From: Takakia lepidozioides
Taxonomy: Eukaryota > Plantae > Bryophyta
Reading direction: 5' to 3'
Length of the DNA stretch: 64,000 nucleotides
Assembly: GCA_030704615.1 (NCBI GenBank)
Contig: CM060731.1
Coordinates: forward strand, 23,064,001-23,128,000
The notes below the pieces were generated by a model. That model saw nothing but the letters and a program-made list of their open reading frames with translations. It did not search any database and was not told where the DNA came from. Of this stretch, positions 61,173 to 64,000 are shown in pieces. The number at the start of each line of letters is the position of its first letter. Positions within the stretch are counted from its first letter, which is position 1. A program made the translations under genes and the position numbers.

Positions 61173-64000
61173 ATGGGCCGCCACTACAACAAAGCAAGGT
61201 GTTGGAATATAGATACGGAGCGCATGTTTACCAACCACGGCACCGAGAGCTTCAGAGACAGCAGCTTCTCGCGCACGAAAGGCTGCGGTTTGCAGGTGTG
61301 GAGGATGTCACTGGGGAGGAAGGGGCAATCGCTGAGAGGGACACATCGAATGGCGTTAGCAACGAATGTGGAGGCCGAGGTACTGGAATGGCAGGCCAAG
61401 ATTTTCCGGAACAATATGATGTGCAGGTGGGATTGGGATCCGTGTCGCATGCTGGGACACCAAGCCAGCTTTTCCACGAAGAATTTGAGAGGTGGGTGGG
61501 ACAGGGAAGAGATGACGTCGGTGGCGAATACAATTTGCCAGCATTGCAGGGCAGAAAATATAGTGGCTGGGTTGGAGAGAAAGGAGGACATGAAGAGGGA
61601 CATTCTCATAGAGGGATTGGAGAGACAAAGTGCGCGAGAAGAGATTGAAAAACGTATAGTGCAGGAGGAGTCAACGCTCAATGAAGAAATTGAGCTTCAG
61701 AGAGGGGAGGGAAGAGAAAACTTGGGGGGGGGAATTGAGGGAAGGGTAGTGCAAGGGGAAGCAAGCTTCGGGGGAAGGATTGACGGCGGAGCAAGAGATA
61801 CTGGAAATATGTTCGACATCTGTACCTCATGTTTGTGGGTTGACCAGAACCCCGAAATACAAGTACCGTTCGAGAATTGGGAGGGTCAGAAATCAACTGA
61901 CAAAACCAGCGACAAGATTGGTGCGCTTTTGGGTTGGGATGATGAGGCGCAAGTGGGCAGCTCGAAAGAGGGTGCAGATGATTGTAATCTACCTCTCATG
62001 TCAACGTGCCCTGGGTCACCTAGCCAATTGAGTTCTTCCATCTCAGGGTCTATGGCATCAACGCCACCCCACGATTTGAAGCACTCCGCAGCCATTGAGC
62101 CTTGCTCAGTTCTCGATCCCTCTATGATAAGCCCCCGGCCTATTGCCAGATCCCCCCTCCCTCGCAGATTTGTAGAGACATTTTTAGATTCTGTGGGTGT
62201 TCCCTTGCTCATTCCTGCACCCACCATTGATTGTGACAAGAAGGATGCTGATAAAGAGAGCAACTTTGAAATAATCATGAGGGGAGATCCAATACTTCCA
62301 GTACTTTCGACTATGAGCAAGCCAATCTCTTGTAACGTTGAAAGGACTGCTGACATGTCTGCATCCAGTCATGGAGCACAACAGGGCAATCAGGAACCAA
62401 AGAGCAGTGGAGTTGTCGGAGCAGAGCTTCTCTTACCATCCCAAAGTTTTAGTTGTTCGGACGAAGCTGAAGCTCTCTCTGGACTCGACGAATGGGATTC
62501 TGCAATATCAGCTTCGTCTCAACACGAGCAGCTGGCTAAAGAGTGGATGGAATCACTTCTGGAGGACCTGGCAGGAAGGGGTGGTGGGGACGACCCAATT
62601 AGTTTACAGGACGCAGCAGAATTCAAGGGCACCATAAATCCAGCAGGAAGACAACCGGCACCACAAATAGGGAGTGATCAGGTCAGTGGATCTCCTAACA
62701 GCAATTACACAGGGGACGATCCCCAAGGGTTGGACTACTTGCAGGTTGAAAGTCCAGGGAATACCCCCATTGGAGGGCAACCAAACGAGAGTGTGGGGCA
62801 AGAATTGGTTACCTTGCTGTTAGCTTGTGCAGAGGCAGTATCCACCAAAAGTTTAAGCCTTGCTAATCATCTCTTTGAGAAGTTGGGAGAGCTTGCATCT
62901 CCGGAGGGTACATCGATGCAGCGGGTAGCAGCTTACTTCACTGAGGGCTTGGCATGCCGGGTGGCGCGTTTGTGGCCACAGATCTACCAACCCCTCCCAA
63001 TCGATGCTAGCCCCCTTGAAGATGAAACTCTATCTGCTTTCCATCTGCTCAATCATGTCTCACCATACACGAAATTCGCTCAATTTACGGCTAACGACAT
63101 CATATTGCAAGCGTTTGAAGGAGCGGACCGAGTGCATGTAATAGACTTCGATGTGAAGCAAGGGCTTCAGTGGCCTGCGCTCTTTCAGAGCCTCGCAGAT
63201 CGGCCTGATGGCCCACCAGCACATATCCGTATCACAGGTCTGTTGTACTACAGCGATTATTTTTTGGAATCCAAGTGTCTGTGACATGCATTCTTATTTC
63301 TCCTGATCATGTGTTCTACCTCTACGCTTGCGTCTTTATGTTTGTCTTTCCGTTCTTTCTATTAGTCTGCGCTTAAAACGGTTTACTGATTGTGCAGGGG
63401 TTGGCGACTGCAAGGAAGATCTACATGATACTGGAGATCGATTGTCCGAATTTGCTGAAGCCCTCAACATTCCGTTTGAGTTCCATGCGGTTATTGATAG
63501 GCTTGAAGATGTTCGGCTGTGGATGCTACATGTCAAGGAAAATGAAGCTGTTGCAATCAATTGCATAATGCAGTTGCACCGCACGCTATACGATTCGGGG
63601 GATGCACTCAAGGACTTGCTTAGCGTAGTCAAGAGCACAAAAACCCGGGTTTTAGCACTGGTTGAACAAGAAGGGAATCACAACAGTACCATCTTTGAGG
63701 GCAGGTTTCTTGCATCTTTGCAGTACTATTCTGCGGTTTTTGATTCCTTGGATGCAAGCCTTTCCAGAGACAGCAGCGCCCGCTTACAAGTTGAACAATT
63801 GTTTGCCCGTGAGATTCGCAACATCCTTGCATGTGAGGGCGCTGATCGAGTGGAGAGGCACGAGAGGATTGATAGGTGGCGTGATCTCATGGCTCAGGCG
63901 GGATTCGCCAGTGTAGCTGTAAGAAAAAGTGCCCGAACACAGGCACAGATACTGCTGCATATGTTTAATATTCGGGGTTATTCTCTTAGAGAGGAGAGTG
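61173..64000 (+). CDS. GRAS transcription factor, SCL28/DLT subfamily (3'-truncated; start codon uncertain)
   Basis: Exon ending 63237, intron 63238-63397, exon from 63398 to the window end. Motifs ELVTLLLACAEAV, MQRVAAYFTEGL, VHVIDFDVKQGLQWP, the SCL28/DLT signature FEFHAVIDRLEDVRLWMLHVK, FAREIRNILACEG, and upstream WMESLLEDLAG. Confidence 0.9.

Overview
Eukaryotic nuclear DNA from a land plant, most likely a non-seed plant such as a bryophyte (inferred from gene content and transposon types). Eight intron-containing genes can be reconstructed from splice signals: a WDR20/CreC-like WD40 protein (+), cytosolic pyruvate kinase (+), a CER16/Aven-like protein (-) head-to-head with splicing factor SF3A3/ATO (+), ribosomal protein S9/uS4 (+), a DHHC protein S-acyltransferase (-), a phytepsin-type aspartic protease with a saposin-like insert (+), and an SCL28/DLT-type GRAS factor (+, cut off by the window end). 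There are two repeat-rich blocks. At 23-29 kb, a decayed LINE is interrupted by an inverted LTR and bracketed by a 33-bp direct repeat. At 40.5-52.5 kb, ~0.8-kb inverted arms enclose a full-length Ty3/gypsy chromovirus (TSD GTTGA, iMet PBS), and the right arm carries a Tourist-like MITE. Most interesting observations: many introns have G-rich 3' ends and C/T-rich 5' ends; there are candidate poison exons in RPS9 and pyruvate kinase; the SCL28-like N-terminal motif appears split between two reading frames; and a covarying hairpin-plus-purine-tract module occurs twice in the retrotransposon. Family assignments rest on recalled motifs; no database searches were run.
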